A stretch of DNA of 64,000 nt from Octopus sinensis (lineage: Eukaryota), in contig NC_043010.1 in assembly GCF_006345805.1 (NCBI RefSeq), positions 10,726,001 through 10,790,000 of the forward strand, written 5' to 3'. Under the pieces are notes generated by a model, which worked only from the letters and a program-made list of their open reading frames with translations, did not search any database and was not told the origin of the DNA. A program made the translations under genes and the position numbers. This document shows positions 41,576-53,657 of the stretch, in pieces. How positions within the stretch are numbered: the first letter of the stretch is position 1; each line of letters starts with the position of its first letter.

Positions 41576-41828
41576 AAATATCCTTTTGCTTCATCGAATT
41601 CTCATGGCTTCTATCAGCTCAACTAAATATTGATTCATTACAAATTAAAAAGCCTGAGTATGTTTCCCCTTCACAAGCACCGAATGAACTGGTTTATCTA
41701 TTTTTTTGCTACTTAAGAATTTATACCATATATTTCGCAATTTTATAGTAATTATAATTATCTATAAATTTAAACCTCATTACAGAATTGTATTTAACCG
41801 GTTTATTTTGGTGTAACATAAAAATATA

Positions 41829-42338
41829 TCTATATATATAAAACTGTAGTTGTGTGAGTGTCTGTCCCCTTCGATTTAGATTCCTAACTACTCCCACATT
41901 TTGCGGTGCAGTTTAACCAAATTCAGGTATCTTGTAGTTGGGATCATATCGAGCCCGTCTGGCTATTAGCGCGGTCTACGATGAGTCTATGATTTTAAAA
42001 ATAATTTAACATCATTTTTTATTCCATTTTAATGCATAATTTTTCGGTGTCGATCGATGGCGGCGGAGTTGGCGTCCATGGTCACACTGCACCTGTTTGC
42101 TTCCCCCTTCTTCCCTCCCTCGTGAAGCTGTGGGGAAGGGAGTGTAAGGAAATCAACGTCGTAAAGCGTTGTCAAGGAGACCAGCGTTCTTTTAGAACAA
42201 CGACTCATGGCTTGAAGACACCAAAACAGAAATGGCTAAGAAAGCCCAAATTGGCATCTATAAGGGAAGTAACTCTCTAAAAATGCTTATATAGTTATTT
42301 CCCTTACAAACCCGAGCAACGCCGGGTGATACTGCTTG
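41829..42338 (+). mobile_element. Non-autonomous Helitron with an extra GC-richer internal segment
   Basis: TC start, subfamily-1 5' part, hairpin CCCGAGCAACGCCGGG, end CTTG. Confidence 0.75.
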
Positions 42339-42546
42339 TTATCTATAAATTTAAACCTCATTATAGAATTGTATTTAATCGGTTTATTTTGGTGTAGCAT
42401 AAAAATATATTTACAGATAAAATTTTTAATATAAAAAAATAGTATCTGCAACATTTCAAAATAGAATAAGTGTGTAGTGTAGGCTGGAAGAAAAGCATCA
42501 TTTATTGCTACATTAATACAAGAAAGGTAAAATTTTATATGAAATG

Positions 42547-42966
42547 ATAGGCACAGGAGTGGCTGTGTGGTAAGTAGCTTGCTAACCAACCACATGGTTC
42601 CAGGTTCAGTCCCACTGCGTGGCATCTTGGGCAAGTGTCTTCTGCTATAGCCCCGGTCCGACCATTGCCTTGTGAGTGGATTTGGTAGATGGAAACTGAA
42701 AGAAGCCTGTCGTATATATGTATATATATATATATATAAGTATGTGTGTGTATGTGTTTGTGTGTCTGTGTTTGTCCCCCTAGCATTGCTTGACAACTGA
42801 TGCTGGTGTGTTTACGTCCCCGTCACTTAGCGGTTCGGCAAAAAGAGGCCAATAGAATAAGTACTGGGCTTACAAAGAATAAGTCCATGGTCAATTTGCT
42901 CGACTAAAGGCGGTGCTCCAGCATGGCCGCAGTCAAATGACTGAAACAAGTAAAAGAGTAAAGAGT
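42547..42966 (+). mobile_element. SINE-A
   Basis: Full copy flanked by a long direct repeat. Confidence 0.9.
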
Positions 42967-43149
42967 ATTTCAAAATAGAATAAGTGTGTAGCATCATTTA
43001 TTGCTACGTTAATACAAGAAAGGTAAAATTTTATATGAAATGATGTATATTTATATAGAACGATGTATATATATTTATATGAAACGATGTATATTTATAT
43101 GTAAAGATGTATATATTTAGGCTAATTTTTATATATCAAAGCATATTCT

Positions 43150-44440
43150 TAAAATCTTTATTATAGGTATGTAACCTGAACAAAGAGTTGACATAACAAG
43201 GACAGACACAACCCCACGGTGGGGACAATAAGCATAAAATGAATGAGGATGAATATTATATAAAGATGGAAAGTGAAAAGGCTTCATGGGCCCCACTCCT
43301 CATGCAGTACCATTTGAACATTTGTACACACTATATTACAATCGTGCTATTATTGTCTGTTGTTTTTTTTTAATTATCTTTTTTTTTTAACTCTTTTTCC
43401 TTCGAAGCACTTTTCCTTTCTTTTTCTTTTTTCTTTTATCAAAGTAATTTTACTTACTCGTTTTTTTTTTTGTTTTTTATTTAATTTAGTGCCTCATATA
43501 AAGCTCCAGGTCTCTGAGTTCAACTACTGGTGGCAGTTCCTTGAACTCCACCAATACTTCGGGCGGGTCAATCTTATTTATGCACATGTCTTCTAGTCTC
43601 TTATATGTTTCTTTATCGACCATAATGGCCTTTACATTTTCTGAGTACACATCTCTGGGCAACTTCACTCTTATGATCTCTCTTTCTCTCTTTTACTTGT
43701 TTCAGTCATATGACTGTGGCCATGCTGGAGCACCGCCTTTAATCGAGCAACTCGACCCCAGGACTTATTCTTTTGTAAGCCCAGTACTTATTCTATCGGT
43801 CTCTTTTGCTGAACCGCTAAGTAACGGGGACATAAACACACCAGCATCGGCTGTCAAGTAATGCTAGGGGGACAAACACAGACACACAAACATATACATA
43901 TATACAACGGACTTCTTTCAGTTTCTGTCTACCAAATCCACTCACAAGGCTTTGGTCAACCCGAGGCTATAGTAGAAGACATTTGCCCAAGGTGCCACGC
44001 AGTGGGACTGAACCCGGAACCATGTGGTTGGTAAACAAGCTACTTACCACACAGCCACTCCTGTGCCTATGTGTTTAAATATCACAATTCTTCTTTCCCC
44101 CTCCTTGTTTTTTGGCATAAGTTACAAAGTTCCACTTGTTCTTTCCTCCTCTAGGTTTTCTCCTTTCTACTTTTTTTATCTCTCTTATTATTCTTGTAAC
44201 CGTATTGCTGCAGTATGTTTCACCATCTACTGTACCAGCTATGACTCTAGAATGAACTCCACCTAGGACCAAATTCGCTCTGCTCTTTTGTGCTACGATG
44301 AGCTGTATTTGTTGGCACTGTTCATGGAAAGTCCTAGCCACGCTGCCAGACTATCACGCAAACAAAAGCCATTGATTAGACAGAAATTATGTTTGCACAC
44401 ATGATCAACTTGTGGTTTCCATATGACAAAATTTAGGCAT
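43150..44440 (-). pseudogene. Decayed LINE-like (Tx1/L1-type) ORF2 C-terminus and 3' UTR, split by SINE-A
   Basis: A-rich open frames 44075-44341 and 43486-43680 rejoin across the SINE with one frameshift; AATAAA near 43157. Confidence 0.45.
43681..44070 (-). mobile_element. SINE-A
   Basis: Full reverse copy. Confidence 0.9.
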
Positions 44441-44446
44441 CAATGG

Positions 44447-44831
44447 ATGGAAGCACTCCGTCGGTTACGACAACGAGGGTTACGGTTGATCCAAATCAAC
44501 GGAACAGCATGCTCAGAAATTAACATGTAAGTGGCTGAGCACTCCACAGACACGTGTACCCTTAACGTAGTTCTCAGGGATATTCAGCGTGACACAGAGA
44601 TGACAAGGCCGGCCCTTTGAAATACAGGTACAACAGAAACAGGAAGAAAGAGTGAGAGAAAGTTGTGGTGAAAGAGTACAGCAGGGATCAACACCATCCC
44701 CTGCCGGAGCGTCGTGGAGCTTTTAGGTGTTTTCGCTCAATAAACACTCACAACGCCCGGTCTGGGAATCAAAATCGCGATCCTATGACCGTGAGTCCGC
44801 TGCCCTGACCACTGGGCCATTGCGCCTCCAC
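44447..44831 (-). mobile_element. SINE-C with tail 1
   Basis: TSD TAGGCATCAAT. Confidence 0.87.
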
Positions 44832-44959
44832 TAGGCATCAATACAACAGTTGTAAATGTAATTCTACAAATGAATTTCAATCATGGTTACTATAAAGTAG
44901 GTACGTATGGAATATATACTTTACACAGAGGGAAAATGAATGCGACACCTGAATTGCAT

Positions 44960-45360
44960 TACTCTTTTACTTGTTTCAGTCATTTGACTGCGGCCATGCT
45001 GGAGCACCGCCTTTAGTCAAGCAAATCGACCCCAGGACTTATTCTTTGTAAGCCTATTACTTATTCTATCAGTCTCTTTTGCCGAACCACTAAGTTACGG
45101 GGACATAAAAACACCAGCATTGGTTATCAAGCTATGTTGGGGGACAAACACAGACACAAAAATACATATATATATATACACATACATATATATACGACGG
45201 GCTTCTTTCAGTTTCCGTCTACCAAATCCACTCACAAGGCTTTGGTTGGCCCGAGGCTATAGTAGCAGACACTTGCCCAAGATGGCATGCAGTGGGACTG
45301 AACCTGGAACCATGTGGTTGGTAAGCAAGCTACTTACCACACAGCCACTCCTGCGCCTAT
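44960..45360 (-). mobile_element. SINE-A
   Basis: Full reverse copy; TSD-like TGCATTA. Confidence 0.9.
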
Positions 45361-45659
45361 GCATTAAATATTATTTATATCGAAGTACAAAATTACATCT
45401 TGTTACAATGTGCTGAATTATCTGAAATATATTCTTTGTATATTACGTAAAACTAAAGGGTTTTATTTTATGGAATTGATTAAGCAGTATGAAGCGTAAA
45501 ATATATGCGAGCACACTGGTACGTGTGTCTTGAAGCCTTGCGCTTTGTGCTGTAGTTCCACTCTGTGATTTTGGACCACCTATTTTGACATATCTGATAT
45601 TAATCTAAGTTATTCTGAAATACTGCTACTTATATATGCACGTGTGAGTGTCAGATTGT

Positions 45660-45737
45660 TTGTGTGTGTGTGTGTGTGTGTGTAAAACTACCTAGATCTG
45701 TTAAAGTTTCAACCACTTTATCTCTCTATCCTATCTG

Positions 45738-45771
<34 letters not shown>

Positions 45772-45781
45772 GATCTATCTA

Positions 45782-45816
<35 letters not shown>

Positions 45817-45887
45817 ATCTATCTATCTATGTATCTATCTATCTATCTATTATCTATCGATCTATCTATCTACTCTCTATCCATCTG

Positions 45888-45919
<32 letters not shown>

Positions 45920-45920
45920 C

Positions 45921-45953
<33 letters not shown>

Positions 45954-46325
45954 TATCATCTATCTATTCTTATCATCTATCTATCTATCTATCCATCGAT
46001 CGATCTATCTATCTATATATCTCTCTCTATCTATCTATCTATCTATCTATCTCTCTATCTATCTATCTATCTATACACCACTAGCTGGCATATACAGGTG
46101 CTTACAGTTATCAAGTATTCACCCTGAATTTTTTGTATATATATATATATATGTATATCAGTAGGTATGTATAATGTATTTATGTATGTAGATATGTATA
46201 AATTTAAATTGTGTATATATATATCATTATGAAATTATGATTATTAATATAGTCGAGTATACACAGATTTACATTTATGTATGTGTGTGTATATGTATGC
46301 ATGTATTTATGTGTCTATGCATCCC

Positions 46326-46407
<82 letters not shown>

Positions 46408-47063
46408 GTTGTACGTAGCTATCTAAATATATAGTGTTACTGTCTTCACACAGAGTGTATATATGTGTATACACATTCCATTAAAGATATACGACTGTGA
46501 ACGTATATTGTAGATGCAATATTATTTTCCCGCCCCCTCCAAAAAATCCCATCTCTTGCTAAACATACATACATATATAAATAAATAAATAAATAAATAA
46601 ATAGAAATAACAGTAAATAGAAAAAAAAAAAACTCCTGTTATTATTAGGACAACTACCACATTGCCTAGAGTTAGACTCCATGACCAAGTTGAAAGAACC
46701 AACAGAAATTTCAATATAGCAACTTTTGCCAGAATAATTTTGAAGGCTGAAGAATTCTTCTTCCAAACAGAGTTTGCTGAAGCATTGCTGATCAGATGTT
46801 CTACACATTCCCATATATTCCTCTGAAAATATTTCTCATGGCTGCTGCCTTCTCGAATTCCTATACCAACATAGATATTCTGAATGATTTCTTTCATTCA
46901 ATGCCTTCATAACAATTGACTTCTACAGTATGGAAGGCAGTACTTTATCAATGTTTATCTTTTATTTTTCATATATATATATATATACATTTATATAGAT
47001 CTATACATACATATACATATATATATATATATATGTATTATATACATATATATATACATATAC

Positions 47064-47113
<50 letters not shown>

Positions 47114-47142
47114 TATACATATATACATACATATACATATAC

Positions 47143-47220
<78 letters not shown>
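45660..47220. repeat. (TG)n, long (TATC)n at 45735-46075, and (TA)n tracts
   Basis: Direct reading. Confidence 0.9.
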
Positions 47221-47221
<1 letters not shown>

Positions 47222-47311
47222 TTGGTTTCATCTCTTTGTTATATTTTGATAGTTGTTTGTTAGAAATTGAACATTGTTTTACTTGTTTGTGGTTGTGATG
47301 TTGTTATTGTC

Positions 47312-47351
<40 letters not shown>

Positions 47352-47491
47352 CTGATGATGTTTATTTAAGGTGTTTATTATGATTTTTCTCTGAACCAAA
47401 ATTAATCTTTGGACAAAACAGTGTTTTATTTGCCCTCAGTTTTATTATTATTTTTTTTCAGGAAGAATAAAAACAAAAAAGCAAAAAAAAA

Positions 47492-47527
<36 letters not shown>

Positions 47528-47639
47528 CAATTTCTGCATCCAGAAATCTGTATATACGTAAAGATGCATGAAATAACAAGACAGCTAGCTAAACAAATAT
47601 ACAAGCCATATTTATTTCATGGTGCTACATCCGCGTCCT

Positions 47640-47664
47640 CATCCTCCTCTTCTCCATCATCACG

Positions 47665-47705
<41 letters not shown>

Positions 47706-47769
47706 TATCATCAACATCATCATCATCATCGTCGTCATCATCATCATCATCATCATCATCCTCATCATG

Positions 47770-47801
<32 letters not shown>

Positions 47802-47826
47802 TCTATCATCCTCATCCTCATCATCC

Positions 47827-47857
<31 letters not shown>

Positions 47858-47913
47858 CATCATCATCCTCATCATCATCATCATCATCATCATCATCAAC
47901 ATCATTGTCATCG

Positions 47914-47949
<36 letters not shown>

Positions 47950-48045
47950 ACATCATCATCATCGTCGTCATCATCATCATCGTCATCATCCTCATCATCA
48001 TCATCATCATTATCATCATCATCATCGTCGTCATCATCATCATCG

Positions 48046-48087
<42 letters not shown>

Positions 48088-48220
48088 ACATCATTGTCAT
48101 CGTCATAGTCATAATCTTTATCATCGTCGTCGTCGTCACCATTGTCATTGCCATCGTCATTGTCAGCATTGTCATCATCATCATCATCATCTTCTGCAGC
48201 AACAACAGCAGCAACAGCAG
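47640..48220. repeat. Long interrupted (CAT)n trinucleotide repeat
   Basis: About 190 triplets; source of poly-H/I/S/M ORFs. Confidence 0.95.
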
Positions 48221-48358
48221 TGACAGTCTGTACACAATTTCAGGATACGTAGCAGACTATAAATATTTTATTGATCATGAAAGAATATTAATCTTGTAAC
48301 TATTCTACAACAGAAAAAAAAAAAGTTCTTGAAACTTCATCTGTTATCTGTTTACATC

Positions 48359-48717
48359 ATAGGTGCAGGAGTGGTTGTGTGGTAAGTAGCTTGCTTACCA
48401 ACCACATGGTTCCGGGTTCAGTCCCACTGCATGGCGCCTTGGGCAAGTGTCTTCTACTATAGCCTCGGGCCAATCAAAGCTTTGTGAGTGGATTTGGTAG
48501 ACGGAAACTGAAAGAAGCCCATCGTATATATGTATATATATAATAAAATATTAGGGAATAAATCCAAACTTACAGGGAAAAATCAGATTTAGGATTGAAT
48601 CCAATTTTATAGTAAAATATTATATTATATTAAATTAGAGATAAAACCACTATTAGGCAAATCAAACAATGAATTGTTTGATTTGCCTAATAGTGGTTTT
48701 ATCTCTAATTTAATATA

Positions 48718-48782
<65 letters not shown>

Positions 48783-49001
48783 TGTGTGTGTTTGTGTGTC
48801 TGTGTTTGTCCCTCTAGCATTGCTTGACAACCGATGCTGGTGTGTTTATGTCGCCGTGACCTAGCAGTTCGGCAAAAGAGACCGATAGAATAAGTACTGG
48901 GATTACGAAGAATAAGTTCCGGGGTCGAGTTGCTCGACTAAAGGCAGTGCTCCAGCATGGCTGCAGTCAAATGACTGAAACAAGTAAAAGAGTAAAAGAG
49001 T
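48359..49001 (+). mobile_element. SINE-A with a fold-back insert in its (TA)n
   Basis: 5' half to ~48540, insert 48541-48721, 3' half from ~48780. Confidence 0.87.
48622..48721. repeat. Perfect inverted repeat, 49-bp arms, 2-nt spacer
   Basis: ..GGCAAATCAAACAAT-GA-ATTGTTTGATTTGCC.. Confidence 0.95.
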
Positions 49002-49224
49002 ATCATAAACATAGTTACATACCATAGCCACCATTAGTCACTGACCAACACAAAACTTTTGTTATAAATGTTACACTATTACAGAACCATTAGCATGCCG
49101 GGCGAGATGCTTAGCAGTATTTCGTCTGTCTTCACATTCTAAGTTCAAATTCCTCCAGGGTCAATTAAATAAGTACCAGTTATGCGCTGGGGACAATGTA
49201 ATCGACTTACCCACTCCCACCAAG

Positions 49225-49520
49225 ACCCTATAAGTCTATGTGACTCGGGAAGGAACTTTACTGCACTTTTACTTTACCTCACCTATTTTACAAGACATGG
49301 CAAGTGGTGTTCTTCAGCAAGGTAGCTAAGGTGAAAGAGCTTGTGAGATGGACAATGCTGAAAGGATTGAGGAAAGTCTCCTTCCTCATCGGTCAAGTCC
49401 TTGTCAACTTTCTAAAAATCCACTTGAAAAGGAAACTGAGGTGGAGAGGGGATTGCTACCACCCAGTGAGTTTCTAAAATGATGGGTGACTGTGGCAAAA
49501 ATGGTTAGCATGTCTGGTAA
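49225..49520 (+). pseudogene. Tx1-like LINE ORF2 C-terminal fragment
   Basis: ..VVFFSKVAKVKELVRWTMLKGLRKVSFLIGQVLVNFLKIHLKRKL/VERGLLPPSEFLK*WVTVAKM..; family from recollection; followed by old SINE-B variants to ~49985. Confidence 0.55.
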
Positions 49521-50040
49521 AATGTTTATCGGTATTTTGTCTGTGCTACATTCTGAGTTTAAATTCCAACAAGGTTGACTTCGCCTTTCATCCTTTTGAG
49601 GTCGATAAATCAAGTACCAGTTGAGTACTGGGGTCGATGTGATCAATTGTCCCCCTTCCCCACAAAATCCAGGCCTTCTGCCTACAGTACAAAGGATTAT
49701 TATTCTCCTCCTCCTCCTCATCATCATCATTATTATTATTATTATTATTGTGGTGGTGGTGAGCTGGCAGAATTGTTAGCAGGCCAGGCAAAATGATTAG
49801 CAGTATTTCATCCATCTTCACATTCTGAGTTCAAATTCCGCTGAGGTCGACTTCACCTTTTATCCTTCCGGGGTCAATAAGATAGGTACCAGTAAAGTAC
49901 TGGGGGCGATGATGTAATTGACTATCCCCCCTCCCCCAAATTTCAGGTCTTGTACCTTTAGTAGAAAGGATTATTATTATTATTATAATTGTCAAACCAA
50001 CTACTACTACTACTACGTTTTAAAACATTTTATCATTATA

Positions 50041-50540
50041 CTAGCAGTATCGCCCGGCGTTGCTTGGGTTTGTAAGGGAAATAACTATATAAGCATTTTT
50101 AGAGAGTTATAGCCAAAAAATAGCAAAAAAATGCATTAAAAATGGAAAAAAAAAAGATGGTAAATTCTTTTTTAAATCGTTGACTCATCGTAGACATTTT
50201 TAGAGAGTTACTTCCCTTATATAATAGCGAAAAAAATGCATTAAAATGGAAAAAAATGATGGTAAATTTTTTTTAAATCGTTGACTCATCGTAGACATTT
50301 TTAGAGAGTTACTTCCCTTATATAATAGCGAAAAAAATGCATTAAAATGGAAAAAAATGATGGTAAATATTTTTTTAAATCGTAGACTCATTGTAGACGT
50401 GCGCTAATACCCAGAAGGGCTCGATATGAATCACGACTATAAGATACCCGGTTTGGTTAAACTGCACCGCAAAATGTGGGAGTAGTTAGGAATCTAAATT
50501 CAAGGGGACAGACACAGAACCTTACTTTTATATATAAAGA
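50041..50540 (-). mobile_element. Non-autonomous Helitron, subfamily 1, three internal ~101-bp units
   Basis: CTAG end, hairpin and TC start on the minus strand. Confidence 0.82.
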
Positions 50541-51180
50541 TTAGCTTATTAATCTATTTATTTATTTTGAGCTGGTGGTTCCTGAATTACAATGAGAAGC
50601 TGGGTGCAATATTTATAGAATTATTTTGATTAACAAATGGTATTTGTCGTTATGGATTAAACCTATTTGCATGTTTGATATTGGAATGTTCTGGATGAAA
50701 GAGCAAGTTTCAATGCAAACCTCATTACAACGAAATAAGGATAATAGCTGCACTCATCACCACTATACAGGAGTGACTCAGTCTAATATGATACATCTAT
50801 ATCAGGGAAGAGTTGATTCTTTGTGAGCCAGTCATAGGAGGAGAAGTAGGAGGAGTTATGCCTGTTGGTTTTGGAGGCTGTGTCTTAATAGATGAGATTG
50901 ATTCAACTAATGCCTTGATGGATCATCTGTTTTCCAATATCTATGAGAAAATTCTTGGTAGTAAGGAAATTGTGAGATCTATATATAAAAGAAGTTTGCT
51001 TCCCAACCACATGACCTCAGGTTCAGTCCCACTGCCTTGCATTTTGGGCAAGTGTCTTGTGAGTGGATTTGGTTGACAGAAACTGAAATATATGTGTGCA
51101 TGTTAAGTGCACAATATATGGCCGCAGTAAAATGACTGAAACAAGTAAAAGAGTAAAGAGAGAGAGAGTTTATAAAGGAA

Positions 51181-51564
51181 CTAGCAGTATCGCCCAGCGT
51201 TGCTCAGGTTTGTAAGGGAAATAACTATAAAGCATTTTTAGAGAGTTATAGCCAAAAAATATCAAAAAAATGGAAAAAAATGATGGTAAATTTTTTTTGA
51301 GAGTAAAAAAAGGTGGAGTTGCGTCCCCTAGACAGTTTGCGGTTTGTGCTTCTGATTCTCGACCCCGTGTCGAATTTATCGATTTTTTTCAGAACTGGGG
51401 GAACTTTTCAAAATTTTCGCTGCGTTAGTTTTGAATTATGACATTGGGCTATGTGTGTGTCAAGTTTCATCAGAATCGGTTGAAAGCCGTGGTCAGGGTG
51501 AGGGTACAAGCAAACAGACACACAGAAACACGCACAGACAAACTGCCGTTTATATAGAGAGAGA
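51181..51564 (-). mobile_element. Non-autonomous Helitron, subfamily 2
   Basis: Reverse complement of 23157-23536. Confidence 0.82.
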
Positions 51565-51779
51565 TAAAATAGTAGATAGAAGAATAAAGAGTAAAGCATT
51601 AATTAGAAGAATACAGACTGATGAATAAACACAGAAGAATTACAGATAGGAGAATAAAGTTCACAGCTCATCTTCTACTATCTTCCTGTCTGTATTCTTC
51701 TATCTTCATTACTCTTAATCTTCTCATTACTCTTTATTCTTCTATCTTTATCCTTTATTCTTCAATCTGCTATTTTATT

Positions 51780-51830
51780 CCTTCCAACCCATGCTAGCTT
51801 GGAAAAACAGACGTTAAACGATGATGATGG

Positions 51831-51892
<62 letters not shown>

Positions 51893-52049
51893 TTGATGAT
51901 GATGATGAGGAGGATGAGGATGAGGATGATGATGAGGATGAGGATGATGAGGATGTTGATGATGATGGTGATGATGGTGATGATGATGATGGTGGTGGTG
52001 ATGATGGTAATGATGATGATGATGACGACGACGATGATGATGATGATGT

Positions 52050-52082
<33 letters not shown>
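51780..52082 (+). repeat. RTE terminal stub with an expanded (GAT)n tail
   Basis: CCAACCCATGCTAGCTTGGAAAAACAGACGTTAAAC then ~88 GAT-like triplets. Confidence 0.85.
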
Positions 52083-52084
<2 letters not shown>

Positions 52085-52398
52085 TGTGAATTGTCTGTCT
52101 AGAACTTTCATACATACTCCATATCTAGTATATGGAGATGCTAACCTATCACTTGGAATATCCCAGAAACAACTGTAAGACATCCAATAATTAATTAATT
52201 AATTAATTAATTAATTAACTACCTCAAATTCACCTTTCTCTAATTAGATCATTATAAATGACTTGAGATATGCGTCCTGCTTTGGTTATTGTTGTTCCTT
52301 TACTGCTAACATATGCCTGCTAACTCAGATTCCCTACTACAGTGTACCTTTTCATTTAGACCACCAGTGAACTAATCCTTCATATTCTATATATGTAT

Positions 52399-52597
52399 AT
52401 AGGTGCAGGAGTGGCTGTGTGGTATGTAGCTTGCTTACCAACCACATGGTTTCGGATTCAGTCCCATTGCGTGGCACCTTGGGCAAGTGTCTTCTACTAT
52501 AGCCTCGGGCCGACCAAAGCCTTGTGAGTGGATTTGGTAGACGGAAACTGAAAAAGAAGCCCGTCATATATATGTGTGTGTGTGTGTGGTGTGTGTG

Positions 52598-52631
<34 letters not shown>

Positions 52632-52869
52632 GTGTGTGTGTGTGTGCGTGTATGTTTGTGTGTTGTGTTTGTCCCCCTAGCATTGCTTGACAACCGATGC
52701 TGGTGTGTTTATGTCCCCATCTCTAAGTGGTTCGGCAAAAGAAACCGATAGAATAAGTACTGGGCTTACAAAGAATAAGACCCGGGGTCGAGTTGTTCAA
52801 CTAAAGGCAGTGCTCCAGCATTGCCGCAGTCAACTGACTGAAACAAGTAAAAGAGTAAAGAGTAAGAGT
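52399..52869 (+). mobile_element. SINE-A
   Basis: Full copy with long (TG)n. Confidence 0.9.
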
Positions 52870-52939
52870 ATATACATGTGTGTTGTATGTATGTGTGTAT
52901 ATACACACACACACATATATGTGTGTGTGCATATATATA

Positions 52940-53135
52940 TAGTTAATCCAAACATGAAAGTACAAAAAACACAACAACGCAAGGACGTGGAACAAATATA
53001 GTATTATTGGACGCTCAGGAAAGAAGGTTTTAATGTTTCGAGCGGAGCTCTTCGTCGGAAACATAGGAGAAGGAAAGATCCAGAGAAGGGATGACGGAGG
53101 AAAAATCGCCAACGGTACACACGCGGTCACATTAT
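52940..53135 (-). mobile_element. Penelope-like fragment with hammerhead-like motif (53027-53062)
   Basis: CCGACGA-A-GAGC(TCC)GCTC-GAAACATT; palindrome broken. Confidence 0.55.
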
Positions 53136-53547
53136 ATATATATGTGTGTATAAGCACTTACACACACATACATAAATACATACGTATATGTAAGATAGAT
53201 TGATAGATAGACAGATAGATATAGACATAAATATACATAGATATAAATATATACATGATAATATATATCTATACATACATATATAATAGAGGTTTTTTAA
53301 CCTCTTATTGAACTTTAAACAGATGTACATACATTTTGTTATTTGTATATTTTACTCAGGTATGATATATATGTGTGTGTGTGTCTCTCTCTCTCTATAC
53401 ACATACACACACATGAAGACACATATATGACTCATAATGCATGCAAGTACATTCACACACTCTCTCTCATGCACACACGTACACACACACAAATATTTAC
53501 AGAGTTTACCTGAGTAAGTCCTGATTAATAAAAGAATATAAAAATAC

Positions 53548-53657
53548 CATTAGATGATCAAAGGATTTCTTATATCAAAATAGTTTATGAATATTTCACA
53601 TCTTTCCTAATAATTCCTTTCGAGATATGACTGTTTGATCCTCCTCCTTGTAGACGT
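53548..53657 (-). other. Candidate non-coding exon (paralogue of 59469-59563)
   Basis: Acceptor TTTACTTCACTTTCTTCAG, donor ATG|GTATTT; stops in all frames. Confidence 0.45.

Noticed and set aside
46446-46910. Overlapping minus-strand ORFs of 112-122 aa
   Set aside because: No recognisable motif, all frames from the candidate acceptor hit stops, and part of the length is (AAAT)n/(TA)n
49283-49324. Minus-strand exon candidate YLAEEHHLPCLVN with good splice sites
   Set aside because: Lies antisense within the Tx1-like fragment, showing that such splice matches occur by chance here
51617-51660. CTGATGA heptamer
   Set aside because: No stem II/GAAA/NUH at suitable spacing
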